From an uncultured Pseudomonadota bacterium (GTDB lineage: Bacteria > Babelota > Babeliae > Babelales > CAIQNR01): a stretch of DNA of 58,020 nt. Location of the stretch: assembly GCA_964592275.1 (NCBI GenBank), contig CAZQDJ010000002.1, positions 1-58,020 on the forward strand, in the 5' to 3' direction. The stretch's first letter is position 1; each line of letters starts with the position of its first letter. Shown one piece after another: positions 1 to 9,950 of this stretch. The notes beneath the pieces were generated by a model. That model searched no databases. It saw only the letters and a program-made list of their open reading frames with translations, and had not been told where the DNA came from. A program made the position numbers and the translations under genes.

Positions 1-72
1 TGCTTTGGAGCTAAATCCCGATGCTAGTGGAAACTTTCAGATGTAAATCGACCCTATATAAAGGAGGTCGAA

Positions 73-687
73 ATGAAACAAACTGATTGGGAAGGTTTTT
101 TCCAGGCTCTTGCACCATTTTCGGAAACGCCTTATCAGAAAGTTTTTATTATTGATGTCGTACATTTGCATTCGAATGACAAAGATGAAGGTGAAGACGA
201 AGATGAAGGTGAAGAAACTGTCTTAAAAAAAGTTGTTATTATTTCCGATAATAAGACACGAAAGGCCTATTTTACTAGACATGACGATAAGCTTTTTATG
301 TCAAAGCTTACTGAGATATCACATTACGTCCATGAAGCATCTATCCAAGAACTATCAGAAAAAAGAAAATTAAAGTACGAAAAACTTTATGCAAATGGAA
401 AAGCTAAACTTATGTATGAATCAAAACCATCTTCGGATAGTGCTCCAGATATGCGTTCAATCTATAAACATCTTACTCCTAGTAGCACTGCTGTCATGGA
501 ACAAGCTATTTCAAACCGCGCGTCTCTCATCACTGACCCGTCACCAAAGCGTTCACGTAAAGAATCTATCCCCTTCACTACACCAGATCCTATGCAATCA
601 TTTGGCAAAGGATTAGAAATCGCTGAACAAGATGTTTCACATATTTTGAAGGAAGCAATACAAGATGTTGACACAGACTTCCATTAA
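73..687 (+). CDS. hypothetical protein with acidic D/E-rich tract, no signal peptide
   Basis: 204-aa ORF. Strong SD AAGGAGG lies a few nt upstream of the ATG at 73. Contains a DKDEGEDEDEGEE tract. I recognise no catalytic motif. Confidence 0.5.
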   Translation: MKQTDWEGFFQALAPFSETPYQKVFIIDVVHLHSNDKDEGEDEDEGEETVLKKVVIISDNKTRKAYFTRHDDKLFMSKLTEISHYVHEASIQELSEKRKLKYEKLYANGKAKLMYESKPSSDSAPDMRSIYKHLTPSSTAVMEQAISNRASLITDPSPKRSRKESIPFTTPDPMQSFGKGLEIAEQDVSHILKEAIQDVDTDFH

Positions 688-944
688 GCAGAATTTACTG
701 TCCTACAAAGCTCAGCAAACGATTAGGTACTTTAGGCTGACTACTTGCAGAAAAAAAGCTTAAATATAGCCGCACAACATCTCCTTTGAAAGATAATCAC
801 TCTTTAATGAATGGCCTCATAACTCCTTTTTTACACAATTTAGAGAAATCGCTGAAGACTTAAAAGATCCCCCTTTGACAGCTTAATGTTATTATATTAG
901 TCTAATAGAAATAAATATATAGAAAAGTACTGAGGAGTTTTATC

Positions 945-2018
945 ATGAAAAAGAACCTATTTATTTTTGGTTTGTTAGGATGTATGACACTTCATTTAGC
1001 ACAAGGTGCCGAAAAGATGATACCTACCACTTTAGGGTTTTTTGAGTCTTCAAGCTTTAAAAAAGGTTTTACTACTCAGTCTATTAATCCTGGCATGCGA
1101 GCATTAATAGCTACCTCTTATCAATCTTCTGCTCATTTCAATAGACCTGCATTGCTTGCTATTTGTGCACCAATGCCTCACCAAACAACAGTACCAACCC
1201 CTAAACTTCTTAATCCTGCTGCCGCTGCTGCTCAACAAACTGATACTCTTTTTCAAGAACACGAAGAACATTACGAACTCATTCCTGAACAATTTTCTAC
1301 CATTGGATCTATTGTCTCAAAAACGCTCACAGCTCTTGAAAGCGAACAAACAGATAACGCAGCGCTTGAACAACTGCAAGAATCTTGGACAACCTTGGGA
1401 AGCTTCGTAAAACTTTCTTATGAAAGCTTTACAAGCGATTTGAAAAATAACTTTGACAGAAAGATAACGCCGCTTCTCAATGAAGATTATACCAATGCTC
1501 CAAGCTGCCTTGGATTTACTCTTCATGATTCTCTCACTTCAGAAAGCGCCAAAGAAAAATTTACTTTTTTAACGAGGGCCCTTGATCTCCTTAAAAATCT
1601 CGAAAAAAATCCAAAATCTACAGAAGAAATTTCAGCAGCTCGTACTCTAATCCAAAAACACCTTACCTGCGCTTGTGCCACTGGATTTGTAAAAGCAGAA
1701 TCATTTGCTTCTCTTGATTCCCTAGAAAATGTTGTTCAATTTGTCGAAGAAGTAGAACCATTCTTTGGCATTGTTCGCCAAACTTACTTCTTGCTACGTG
1801 AACCACTTGGCCTTGATGTTTTTAAGAATTATTGTCAGGGAAAAGAAGTCCTTGAAGAAAAAGTTAATGATTATAAAAAAGCTCTTGATCATTACAAAAT
1901 CAATCCATCACTCACGGGAACTGTTATGAGTGCTTTGGTATATAAAAAAGCAGCTGGAGAACTGGAATCACAAGATAGAGTAAAAGTTCTTGCTGCGCTA
2001 AACGGCTGTCTTCAGTAA
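945..2018 (+). CDS. hypothetical secreted protein, possible lipoprotein
   Basis: 357-aa ORF with SD GAGGAG upstream. The N-terminus MKKNLFIFGLLGCMTLHLAQG is a signal peptide with a lipobox-like LLGC. The rest is helical and unrecognised. Confidence 0.6.
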   Translation: MKKNLFIFGLLGCMTLHLAQGAEKMIPTTLGFFESSSFKKGFTTQSINPGMRALIATSYQSSAHFNRPALLAICAPMPHQTTVPTPKLLNPAAAAAQQTDTLFQEHEEHYELIPEQFSTIGSIVSKTLTALESEQTDNAALEQLQESWTTLGSFVKLSYESFTSDLKNNFDRKITPLLNEDYTNAPSCLGFTLHDSLTSESAKEKFTFLTRALDLLKNLEKNPKSTEEISAARTLIQKHLTCACATGFVKAESFASLDSLENVVQFVEEVEPFFGIVRQTYFLLREPLGLDVFKNYCQGKEVLEEKVNDYKKALDHYKINPSLTGTVMSALVYKKAAGELESQDRVKVLAALNGCLQ

Positions 2019-2040
2019 AAAAATGTCGAAAACAAGTACT

Positions 2041-2077
2041 AAAAAAGAGCTTGATTTTAAAACTAGGCTCTTTTTTT
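2041..2077 (+). terminator. rho-independent terminator after the 945-2018 gene
   Basis: aaagagc (2044-2050) pairs with gctcttt (2068-2074) and is followed by a T-run. Confidence 0.5.
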
Positions 2078-2168
2078 ATTTCAAAATTATGACTTATGAA
2101 ACAGCAAAACTGATTCATGGTACAGTAATATATGAGAGAGCTTTTATATCAAAAAAATAATATCGCCA

Positions 2169-2519
2169 TTGTCAATGAGAACAAACATAGCGGAGAAGCC
2201 TATGCGGCAAAAAGTGAGATTACGAGATTCAGATGTTGATTACATTATTGAATCCTTTAAACAACATTTTGGAAAAGATGATCATTTATGGTTATTTGGT
2301 TCCAGAGTTGATCTTGAAAAGCGTGGGGGGGATATAGACCTTTATGTGGAAACTTACATTGAGCAATCAGAAGCTTTTTCAAGAAAAATGAAATTTTTAG
2401 GAAACCTCTGGAGAGGTATTGGAGAACAAAAAATAGATATTGTGGTGCATGTATTAAAGCGCCTTGAAAAATTACCTATTTATGAGATAGCAAGAGAAGA
2501 AGGAGTCCAATTGGTATGA
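2169..2519 (+). CDS. MNT-type nucleotidyltransferase (MntA-like antitoxin of a HEPN/MNT pair)
   Basis: The Pol-beta superfamily motif is present in LFGSRVDLEKRGGDIDLYVE (GS-x9-DxD). The likely true start is the ATG at 2202, preceded by GGAGAA. The stop overlaps the next ATG (ATGA at 2516-2519). Confidence 0.75.
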   Translation: MSMRTNIAEKPMRQKVRLRDSDVDYIIESFKQHFGKDDHLWLFGSRVDLEKRGGDIDLYVETYIEQSEAFSRKMKFLGNLWRGIGEQKIDIVVHVLKRLEKLPIYEIAREEGVQLV

Positions 2520-3001
2520 AAAAGGAAAATAAAGATATGAAGGCTTTTCAGATTCATATTACTCATGTTGAATTGCATTTTGAGCAAGTACGTTATCTAA
2601 TGCATGAATTGAAAAATATTTTACCTTTTACAGAAGGAAATCTTAAAATTATGGCTTTTTCTCAAAAAGCTTTGTGCGATTCGCTTCTTTATCGTTTTGC
2701 CATGATACAAGATACGCTGGGGGGTAAAATTTTGCCTTTGATTATAGATATAACGAAAGAAAAGACGGTTTATCTTACTTTCATAGATAAATTACATTTT
2801 TTAGAACGTTTACATATTGTTGATGATGCATATGAATGGTCTGATATTCGAGACTTAAGGAATGCTATTGCTCATGTATATGAGCCTACGCCGCAAGAAC
2901 AAGCAAATTCCTTAAATAAAGTTTATACAGCGCTTCCTGTTCTTGAAGAATGTTTTAAGCGAATTAAAAAACGACTGGCAGAAATTTCAGCCGGTAAGTG
3001 A
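2516..3001 (+). CDS. HEPN-domain protein (HepT-like toxin candidate)
   Basis: 161 aa and helical. An Rx4H motif is present (RNAIAH within DIRDLRNAIAHVYEP). It overlaps the upstream MNT gene by 4 bp, which is the classic MNT-HEPN arrangement. Confidence 0.65.
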   Translation: MKKENKDMKAFQIHITHVELHFEQVRYLMHELKNILPFTEGNLKIMAFSQKALCDSLLYRFAMIQDTLGGKILPLIIDITKEKTVYLTFIDKLHFLERLHIVDDAYEWSDIRDLRNAIAHVYEPTPQEQANSLNKVYTALPVLEECFKRIKKRLAEISAGK

Positions 3002-3046
3002 CTTTAGCCTCTAAAGTCATGTTATTCACTATGATTTTTGTGCAAT

Positions 3047-3150
3047 TATCCTGGATCCTTACACTCACTCACTTGTCCGCGCATTCGCACGAGACAATCT
3101 CGTATCGCTGAGGACGACGAGGATTTTTATTTATTCATTAATTTCTAGAC
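3047..3150 (+). repeat. dispersed element copy A: GC-rich core plus conserved AT-rich tail
   Basis: The GC-rich segment tatcctggatcc...gaggacgacgagga is followed by the tail atttttatttattcattaatttctagac (3123-3150). The same tail recurs at 48471-48505 and, reverse-complemented, at 9951-9988. Confidence 0.6.
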
Positions 3151-3152
3151 AA

Positions 3153-3207
3153 TTTTAAAATAAAAAGAGCCTCATTCTCAGCGAACAGGCTCTTTTTATT
3201 TTAAAAA
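3153..3207. terminator. bidirectional rho-independent terminator between the HEPN gene and leuS
   Basis: Perfect 19-nt inverted repeat: ttttaaaataaaaagagcc ... ggctctttttattttaaaa. The GC core is agagcc/ggctct, and A/T runs lie on both sides. Confidence 0.7.
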
Positions 3208-3214
3208 TTATGAC

Positions 3215-5662
3215 TTACGAGATAACAAAACTTACTAACCGGTTAGGTACAAAAATAACTTTTTGTATCGTCTTGCCCTCAAGCCATTTTTCAATAACGA
3301 CTTGTGCTTGTGGTTGAACCATATCCTGAGCGCTATCTCGAGCAACGATAATTTGACCACGAACCTTACCATTCACTTGAATAGCAATTTCAACAGTAGT
3401 TTGTACGGTAAAGGCTGGGTCATATGCAGGCCATTCACAGTCACGCAATTTTTTACCAAACTGGTTTTCAAGTAATTCGCTTGCCATATGAGGAGCAAGG
3501 GCTGAAAGAGCAACCACTACTTGTTGCGCAGAGGTTTTCCCCACTTTCATTTTTTGTTGAATAAGATCATTTAATAATTCCATAGCAGCCGAAAGCGCTG
3601 TGTTTGGTTTGAATTGATCAAGACGGTCTTGGAAAGCTTTTAAAAATTGCTGTACACGAACTTTTGATTCACGAGTTTCTTGAGAATCCGCCACCACAGC
3701 ATCACCACTAAAGTACGCAATAAAACGCTGAGTAAAACGACGCACTCCTTCAAGACCATTATCTTGCCACTCACAATCAAGTTCTGGTGGACCCATAAAA
3801 AGGATGTACATACGGAGCACATCTGACCCATATATTTTTACAATTTCATCAGGGTTAACTACGTTCCCTTTTGATTTTGACATTTTTTCAACCAAGCCAC
3901 TCTTTTCTGAATATTTATTTACCATTCCCTGGTTAAACAAACGAGTGAACGGTTCTTTGAAAGGGACAAAACCACCATCGTGCAATACTTTTACGTAAAA
4001 ACGGGAATAAAGTAAGTGTAAAATTGCATGCTCAATACCACCAACGTACAAATCAACAGGAAGCCAGTATTTTAAATCAGCTTGATCAAAGGCAGCGGTA
4101 TCTAATTGTGGGTTTGGATACCGTAAAAAATACCAACAAGACCCTGCCCATTGAGGCATTGTATTTGTTTCTCGTTTTGCCGGATTTTTACACTGAGGAC
4201 AGCTTGTATTCACCCAGTCGGTGATACCTGCAAGAGGTGATTCTCCGGTACCCGTTGGCTCATATTTTTCAACTTCCGGTAAAACGACCGGCAACTCAGA
4301 TTCTGGCACTGCAACAACACCGCAACTCTTACAATGGATCAAAGGAATTGGCTCACCCCAATAACGCTGACGAGAGAAAATCCAATCACGCAATTTGTAC
4401 GTCACCGTACGTTTTGCAAGACCCTGTTCTTCCAAATAATCTTTGAGCTGCTCACTAATATCACCACAGCGTTTACCTATAAATTGTTGAGGCCCTACCG
4501 ATAAAATCCCATTCTTCATATCGGTGTAACAAACTTCCTCTGCAAGCACTTTCTTTTTAAGTTCTTCGTCATGAGGAGGGTACATCCCAACCGTAAGGGG
4601 GATGTTATATTTTTTTGCAAAAGTAACATCACGCTCATCATGAGCGGAACATTTAACAATCCCCGTGCCATAATCAGCAATAGCAAAACTGGCTACCCAA
4701 ATTGGAAGCTCTTTACCATCAAGCGGATTTATAACATAACGGCCCGTAAAGATACCTTCGATTTCTTTTTCTCCCTCGTTACCAGCAGCAATGCGCTTCT
4801 TAATGACCTCATCGCAAAAGGCAAGGATTTCATTTTTATTGGAAATACCTTCAAGTAGTTGTGGCAACAATGCATGGTCAGGAGCGATTACGACATAAGT
4901 ATCTGCGTAGCATGTTTCAAAATGAGCAGAGAACGATTGAAGAACAAGATCCATATCTTTAACTGGAGATGAGAAGGTTAGGCCTTCACTTTTGCCGATC
5001 CAATTTTTTTGCATCAGCTTAACTTTTTCTGGCCACTCAAGCTCATCAAGATCATTTAATAATTGTTCTGCATAGGAAGTAATTTTAAGCACCCATTGTG
5101 GGATATCTTTTTTAGTAACTGTTGTTCCACAACGTTCGCATCCGCCATTGACCACCTCTTCATTGGCTAAACCGGTCTTACAAGAGGGGCACCAGTTAAT
5201 AGGCATAGAAGATTGGTATGCAAGACCACGTTTAAACATTTGTAAAAAGATCCACTGAGTCCATTTGTAGTACTCAGGATCGGTTGTATTAACTTCTTTG
5301 GTCCAATCATAGAGTGCGCCGACTTCTTCAAGTTGTTTTTTAAACGTAGCAACGTTAGTGTCAGTAGAAATGCGCGGGTGAATACCTTTTTTAAGAGCAT
5401 CATTTTCAGCAGGAAGACCAAAAGCATCCCAACCCATAGGATGAAGCACGTTGTATCCTTGCAGCCATTTTATACGAGCATAAACATCAGAAAGAACATA
5501 CCCTCTCCAGTGCCCTACGTGAAGACCAGAGCCGGAAGGATACGGGAACATGTCAAGGCAATAATATTTCTTACCTGTTCTACTATCTGTTGCGCGAGTA
5601 TCTGGATCTTGTGCCCAGCGCTTTTGCCATTTTTTTTCTACTTCGGCTACGTTGTACTGCAT
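3215..5662 (-). CDS. leuS: leucyl-tRNA synthetase
   Basis: 815 aa. Has the HIGH motif ([10 protein letters not shown]), KMSKS ([10 protein letters not shown]) and a CP1 editing region. Typical bacterial LeuS throughout. Confidence 0.97.
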   Translation of the reverse strand: MQYNVAEVEKKWQKRWAQDPDTRATDSRTGKKYYCLDMFPYPSGSGLHVGHWRGYVLSDVYARIKWLQGYNVLHPMGWDAFGLPAENDALKKGIHPRISTDTNVATFKKQLEEVGALYDWTKEVNTTDPEYYKWTQWIFLQMFKRGLAYQSSMPINWCPSCKTGLANEEVVNGGCERCGTTVTKKDIPQWVLKITSYAEQLLNDLDELEWPEKVKLMQKNWIGKSEGLTFSSPVKDMDLVLQSFSAHFETCYADTYVVIAPDHALLPQLLEGISNKNEILAFCDEVIKKRIAAGNEGEKEIEGIFTGRYVINPLDGKELPIWVASFAIADYGTGIVKCSAHDERDVTFAKKYNIPLTVGMYPPHDEELKKKVLAEEVCYTDMKNGILSVGPQQFIGKRCGDISEQLKDYLEEQGLAKRTVTYKLRDWIFSRQRYWGEPIPLIHCKSCGVVAVPESELPVVLPEVEKYEPTGTGESPLAGITDWVNTSCPQCKNPAKRETNTMPQWAGSCWYFLRYPNPQLDTAAFDQADLKYWLPVDLYVGGIEHAILHLLYSRFYVKVLHDGGFVPFKEPFTRLFNQGMVNKYSEKSGLVEKMSKSKGNVVNPDEIVKIYGSDVLRMYILFMGPPELDCEWQDNGLEGVRRFTQRFIAYFSGDAVVADSQETRESKVRVQQFLKAFQDRLDQFKPNTALSAAMELLNDLIQQKMKVGKTSAQQVVVALSALAPHMASELLENQFGKKLRDCEWPAYDPAFTVQTTVEIAIQVNGKVRGQIIVARDSAQDMVQPQAQVVIEKWLEGKTIQKVIFVPNRLVSFVIS

Positions 5663-5763
5663 TTTTTATCTTCCCAACAACTAAAAAAGGCCCATCTCTA
5701 GGCTTTTCAGTGTACTGAGGGTACTAATAATCGTCAAAACAGTTCGTGTAGATAGATTAAAAA

Positions 5764-6237
5764 TTAAAGGCGAGAAGGGTTAGCTTCCTCTCTTTCTTTG
5801 TTTTTTAATAGTAATTTTGCAAGATTGTATTGGAGAAATCCTGAAGCTAGAACGATACATCCAATACAACTTCCAATCACTATTGAAAAATTAAAATTGT
5901 ATGATGATGGTTCATCTACGATCAAATGCACACCTTGGGATAAGGAAAGAATAGTCGCTCCTGCAATGATAAGATTTTTCCCAGTTTTGCATGTTTCAGT
6001 AGCCACTCTTGCGCGAAAAATTCTTTCTTCTTTGATTATTTGAGTATGATTTCTTAGTTCGGTTATATGCGCTAGAGTAGTTCTTGTGCTTTGTTCATCT
6101 TCTGGTTCTGACTCTGAGTTTCTTTGTGATATTTCAAAAGCATCTGGGTTATTTGCATAATCTTGAAGTTCATTATCTGAACTGTGGCAGAGACGAAAGC
6201 TCGTAATCATACAGAATAGTAGTGCAAAAAATTTCAT
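5764..6237 (-). CDS. hypothetical membrane/secreted protein
   Basis: 157 aa. Has an N-terminal signal peptide (MKFFALLFCMITSFRLCHS), C-terminal hydrophobic segments and a basic tail. Confidence 0.5.
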   Translation of the reverse strand: MKFFALLFCMITSFRLCHSSDNELQDYANNPDAFEISQRNSESEPEDEQSTRTTLAHITELRNHTQIIKEERIFRARVATETCKTGKNLIIAGATILSLSQGVHLIVDEPSSYNFNFSIVIGSCIGCIVLASGFLQYNLAKLLLKNKEREEANPSRL

Positions 6238-6540
6238 TTCACTTTCCTTTTTTTAGTTAAAAGCTTATCAAAAAACTAATTGAAAAGACTTTTATGGAGA
6301 TGATAACAGAAGCTGTTTTTGAAGCAATAAAACATATTTTTTTACGAAAAAAATGATGTCGGCAAAAAAGCGTCATTTAATACTTGCCCCAAGAAGAAAA
6401 AAGATGTTCAGAGATTTAAGATTTTGCACTAGAGTTGGCGCTAATAAAGAATGTTTTTAAATAAGACATAGTTAGAAAATGCTCTGTAAATAGGCCTAGA
6501 AAGCCTCTTTAGCTTTACAAAAAATCCCTGACGGATAACA

Positions 6541-8556
6541 TTGAAGATTCGTATTATTTTTTTATTTATCAAAGGGAGTTTTTCCATGATTCAACTGTAT
6601 CCTGCTTTATGTGCTGTTATTGGCCTTGGAGTAGCGACCGTTGCGGTACTTTTTTCTAAAACAAGGGGAAAAGAAGTTGCTAATGCAAAAGCGAAAAAGA
6701 TTGCAGATGCCATTGCGCAAGGCGCGATGACATTTCTGCGTGAAGAGTACAAAATTATCGCCTGTGTTGTGGCATTGATTGCTATAGTGCTTGGTTACAC
6801 AGTTGGGATTATTCCAGCTCTTGTATTTATTGGAAGCTCAGTACTTTCATTAACGACAGGTTTTTTGGGTATGCGTGCAGCAACGTCTGCTAATGTTCGT
6901 ACAACTATTGCAGCACAAGAATCAGGGGAACATGGAGCATTTTTAACCGCATTATTTGGTGGTGGGGTTATGGGGTTTGCTGTAGCAACCTTTGGGCTTT
7001 TTGGCATGACCTTTGTAATGTATCAGTATGGTCAGGCGCATAATCTTATTACCATTTTGACCTGTTTTGGTCTTGGTGCAAGTGTTGTTGCTTTTTTTGC
7101 TCGTATTGGTGGTGGGATTTATACCAAGTCAGCAGATGTTGGTGCAGACCTTGTAGGTAAATTAGAAATGGGTATTCCAGAAGATGATCCACGCAACCCA
7201 GCAGTTATTGCTGATAACGTTGGTGACTGCGTGGGTGATACTGCTGGAATGGGAGCAGATATTTATGAATCCTATGTGAGCGCTATGGTTTCGTGTGTTA
7301 TTTTGGCTCTTACGCTTCATGCAAGTAATGTAGCTTACGCATTGTTGCCATTAGCTCTTTCAGGCCTTGGATTAGTGAGTTCTCTTTTTGGACTTCTTTC
7401 AAATCTTGTTTTAAAAGCTGGCCCAGCTGCAATGCTTCGTAATGCAACCTATGTTGCAGTTGTAGTATTTCTTGGTGCTGCACGCTGGTATATTAATTTT
7501 CAAAATTTGCCGAGTGAATTGTTTCATGCCTGCATAATTGGTTGTCTTGCAGGGATCGTTATTGGATTAGTGACTGAATATTATACTGGCGGAGCGCCTG
7601 TTAGAAGGCTTGCTCAAAGTTCAGAATCTGGTGCAGCAACAAACATTATTTATGGACTTTCTTTGGGAATGGAATCAGTCTGTCTTCCTGTGATTCTTCT
7701 TGGGTTTGCTGTTGTTGCTGCCTACGTGTTTGGTGGTCATGATTTATACGCAGTAGCTCTTGCGGCAGTTTCTATGCTTGCTACTGTTGGTATTACTATG
7801 ACCGTTGATGCGTATGGCCCGATTGCAGATAATGCAGGTGGTATTGCAGAAATGGCAGGCATGGGCAAAGAGGTTCGTATTATTACCGATAAATTGGATA
7901 CGCTTGGAAACACAACCGCTGCAATGGGCAAAGGATTTGCGATTGGTTCAGCATTATTGACCGCGCTTGCTCTTTTTTCTGCATTCAGTGAAAGTGCACA
8001 TATTGCAGAACTTAATGCATTTGATCCATGGGTATTGTTGGGCATGATCATTGGTGGAGCGATGCCATTTTTGGTTTCTGCATTTACGATGCGTTCAGTT
8101 GGAAACACTGCTCTGAAAATGGTTATGGAAGTTCGTCGTCAATTTAAAGAAATTCCAGGTCTTATGGCGGGTACTGCTGATCCTGATTATGAACGTTGCA
8201 TTGCAATCAGTACTTATGCAGCATTGCGTGAGATGATTCTTCCGGGCGTTATAACAATTATACTTCCTGTTCTAGTGAAGTTTACCCTTGGCAATCATGC
8301 ACTTGGTGGTCTTTTAGTAGGAGCTACTTTGACCGGTATTATGCTTGCTTTGATGATGGCAAATGGTGGTGGTGCGTGGGATAACGCGAAAAAATATATA
8401 GAAGCGGGTAATCTTGGCGGTAAAGGGTCCGATGCTCACAAGGCTGCGGTTGTTGGTGATACTGTTGGCGATCCGTTTAAGGATACTTCTGGTCCAGCAT
8501 TGAACATTTTAGTAAAACTTATGGCGATTGTTTCGCTTTTGCTTGTAGGAATGTAA
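6541..8556 (+). CDS. hppA: membrane-bound H+/Na+-translocating pyrophosphatase, K+-dependent type
   Basis: Motifs GGGIYTKSADVGADLVGK, DNVGDCVGD and DTVGDPFKDTSGPALNILVKLM are present. GNTTAA (Ala, not Lys) is the signature of K+-dependent enzymes. The likely true start is the ATG at 6586 (MIQLYPAL), after AAGGGAG. Confidence 0.95.
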   Translation: MKIRIIFLFIKGSFSMIQLYPALCAVIGLGVATVAVLFSKTRGKEVANAKAKKIADAIAQGAMTFLREEYKIIACVVALIAIVLGYTVGIIPALVFIGSSVLSLTTGFLGMRAATSANVRTTIAAQESGEHGAFLTALFGGGVMGFAVATFGLFGMTFVMYQYGQAHNLITILTCFGLGASVVAFFARIGGGIYTKSADVGADLVGKLEMGIPEDDPRNPAVIADNVGDCVGDTAGMGADIYESYVSAMVSCVILALTLHASNVAYALLPLALSGLGLVSSLFGLLSNLVLKAGPAAMLRNATYVAVVVFLGAARWYINFQNLPSELFHACIIGCLAGIVIGLVTEYYTGGAPVRRLAQSSESGAATNIIYGLSLGMESVCLPVILLGFAVVAAYVFGGHDLYAVALAAVSMLATVGITMTVDAYGPIADNAGGIAEMAGMGKEVRIITDKLDTLGNTTAAMGKGFAIGSALLTALALFSAFSESAHIAELNAFDPWVLLGMIIGGAMPFLVSAFTMRSVGNTALKMVMEVRRQFKEIPGLMAGTADPDYERCIAISTYAALREMILPGVITIILPVLVKFTLGNHALGGLLVGATLTGIMLALMMANGGGAWDNAKKYIEAGNLGGKGSDAHKAAVVGDTVGDPFKDTSGPALNILVKLMAIVSLLLVGM

Positions 8557-8578
8557 TTCTCATAGTTTTATGAAATTT

Positions 8579-8606
8579 AAAGGGGCTTTTTATGGGCCCC
8601 TTTTTA
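8579..8606 (+). terminator. rho-independent terminator after hppA
   Basis: aaaggggc (8579-8586) pairs with gccccttt (8596-8603), followed by a T-run. Confidence 0.65.
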
Positions 8607-8772
8607 CTATTCGCTTTATAAAAATCTTTAAGTTTTTAATACGTAACAACTCCAACATTTTGCGCTAAAGAACAAATTACAGGGTAATGGAGGTCAATGC
8701 TTACTCTGGCCTTCTCTCTTTTCTTTTTGGTAGATCTAGAGCTGTTTATAAAACATTAGAGAAAGGGCGACC

Positions 8773-9879
8773 ATGAATAGTAAGCAATTAAAAGAGGTTT
8801 CGTTGCGTATTGGAGTTGTTACAGCATTTTTTATTTTGACCTGCGTGCTTGATGCGCATGCACGTACTTTAAAAAAAGTAGAGTCTGTATACAATCAAAA
8901 AATTGCTGTTGACCAAAAAGCACTAGCTTTGATAGCAGAAGAAGTATCGCAATTTCTTTCTCATGTTCACAAAAGTATTTATGTGCAAGTAAGCGAAGGG
9001 AAAATCTTTAAAGGAATAGTGACCATTGATGACGTTAAAGATACGATTAATTTTCTTGCTAAGCACGCAAAAGAGCATCCTAATTGGCTTAAAAGTCATT
9101 GGTTTTACAATACTTATTTTGATTTCTATCGTTTATATTCTGATGGTGAGTTTTGTCCGCTAAAAATAGGTAAGCTTCCGCGCGGTTGGATAGGTGCCCC
9201 TGATAATCATCGCATTACTAAGTATCGTATTTGTAAAATGCATGGTTCTCGTACAAAAACAAAAAAATATTTCTTTCCTTTATATTCACGTCCTTCTGAT
9301 GAAGTAGGTAAAACAAACGAACGCATTCGGAATAATCCAGAAAAGTTTATACGGTTTATGTATAAAAGAAGTGAAATTTTAGAAGGAGCATTAGAACACA
9401 AAAAGGAAGTACAACCCCTTGCGTGGGTTACCCTTGAAGGGTATAAAGAGCTGGTAATGCAGGGAAGCGCAGTTATTGATTTTGAAGATCAAACGACGCC
9501 TCAAACTTTTCAGGTAGTAGTTGAAAATGATATGGCGCGAGAAGATAAATATTGGTTTGTTGCTCCTTATGAAAAAAGAAAGCCTTCTAAAAAATATCCG
9601 ATAAAGGTTGAACCTATTCCTGGGGTTTCTTTTGCAGGAAATATTTCCGATATTGGGTTTGGTAAAGTGCTCGTAATGATTGGAAAAAATCCATTGACGC
9701 TGGAAAAAGAGATGAGGGTCGGGGTGCTGACCGATACGGGAACAGCATTTCAAGATAATTTGTGCAAGTTTGATTTGTTTACTGGATATTTTGAAGAGCA
9801 TCAGCTTTTTGATGAACATTGTAAGCAATATCCACACACTGCGGAGATGTATATTCTTATTAAGAAACGTAAAAAATAA
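8773..9879 (+). CDS. MltA-like lytic murein transglycosylase (3D-domain protein)
   Basis: 368 aa with a signal peptide. MQGSAVI resembles the MltA LQGSG motif. The C-terminal LTDTGTAFQDNLCKFDLFTGYF resembles the 3D-domain DTGGAI...D.F.G motif. Confidence 0.6.
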   Translation: MNSKQLKEVSLRIGVVTAFFILTCVLDAHARTLKKVESVYNQKIAVDQKALALIAEEVSQFLSHVHKSIYVQVSEGKIFKGIVTIDDVKDTINFLAKHAKEHPNWLKSHWFYNTYFDFYRLYSDGEFCPLKIGKLPRGWIGAPDNHRITKYRICKMHGSRTKTKKYFFPLYSRPSDEVGKTNERIRNNPEKFIRFMYKRSEILEGALEHKKEVQPLAWVTLEGYKELVMQGSAVIDFEDQTTPQTFQVVVENDMAREDKYWFVAPYEKRKPSKKYPIKVEPIPGVSFAGNISDIGFGKVLVMIGKNPLTLEKEMRVGVLTDTGTAFQDNLCKFDLFTGYFEEHQLFDEHCKQYPHTAEMYILIKKRKK

Positions 9880-9950
9880 GTGTGTGCGCGACATTAAAGT
9901 GGTGTTTGTTTACCTCTTTAAATCTCTAACATTCGATTATTTTGTTAGAA

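Noticed and set aside
9391-9894. 167-aa minus-strand ORF
   Set aside because: It is antisense to the MltA-like gene. Its composition is AT-driven (F/I/K/N/L) with no motifs. The plus-strand gene carries recognisable MltA/3D motifs.
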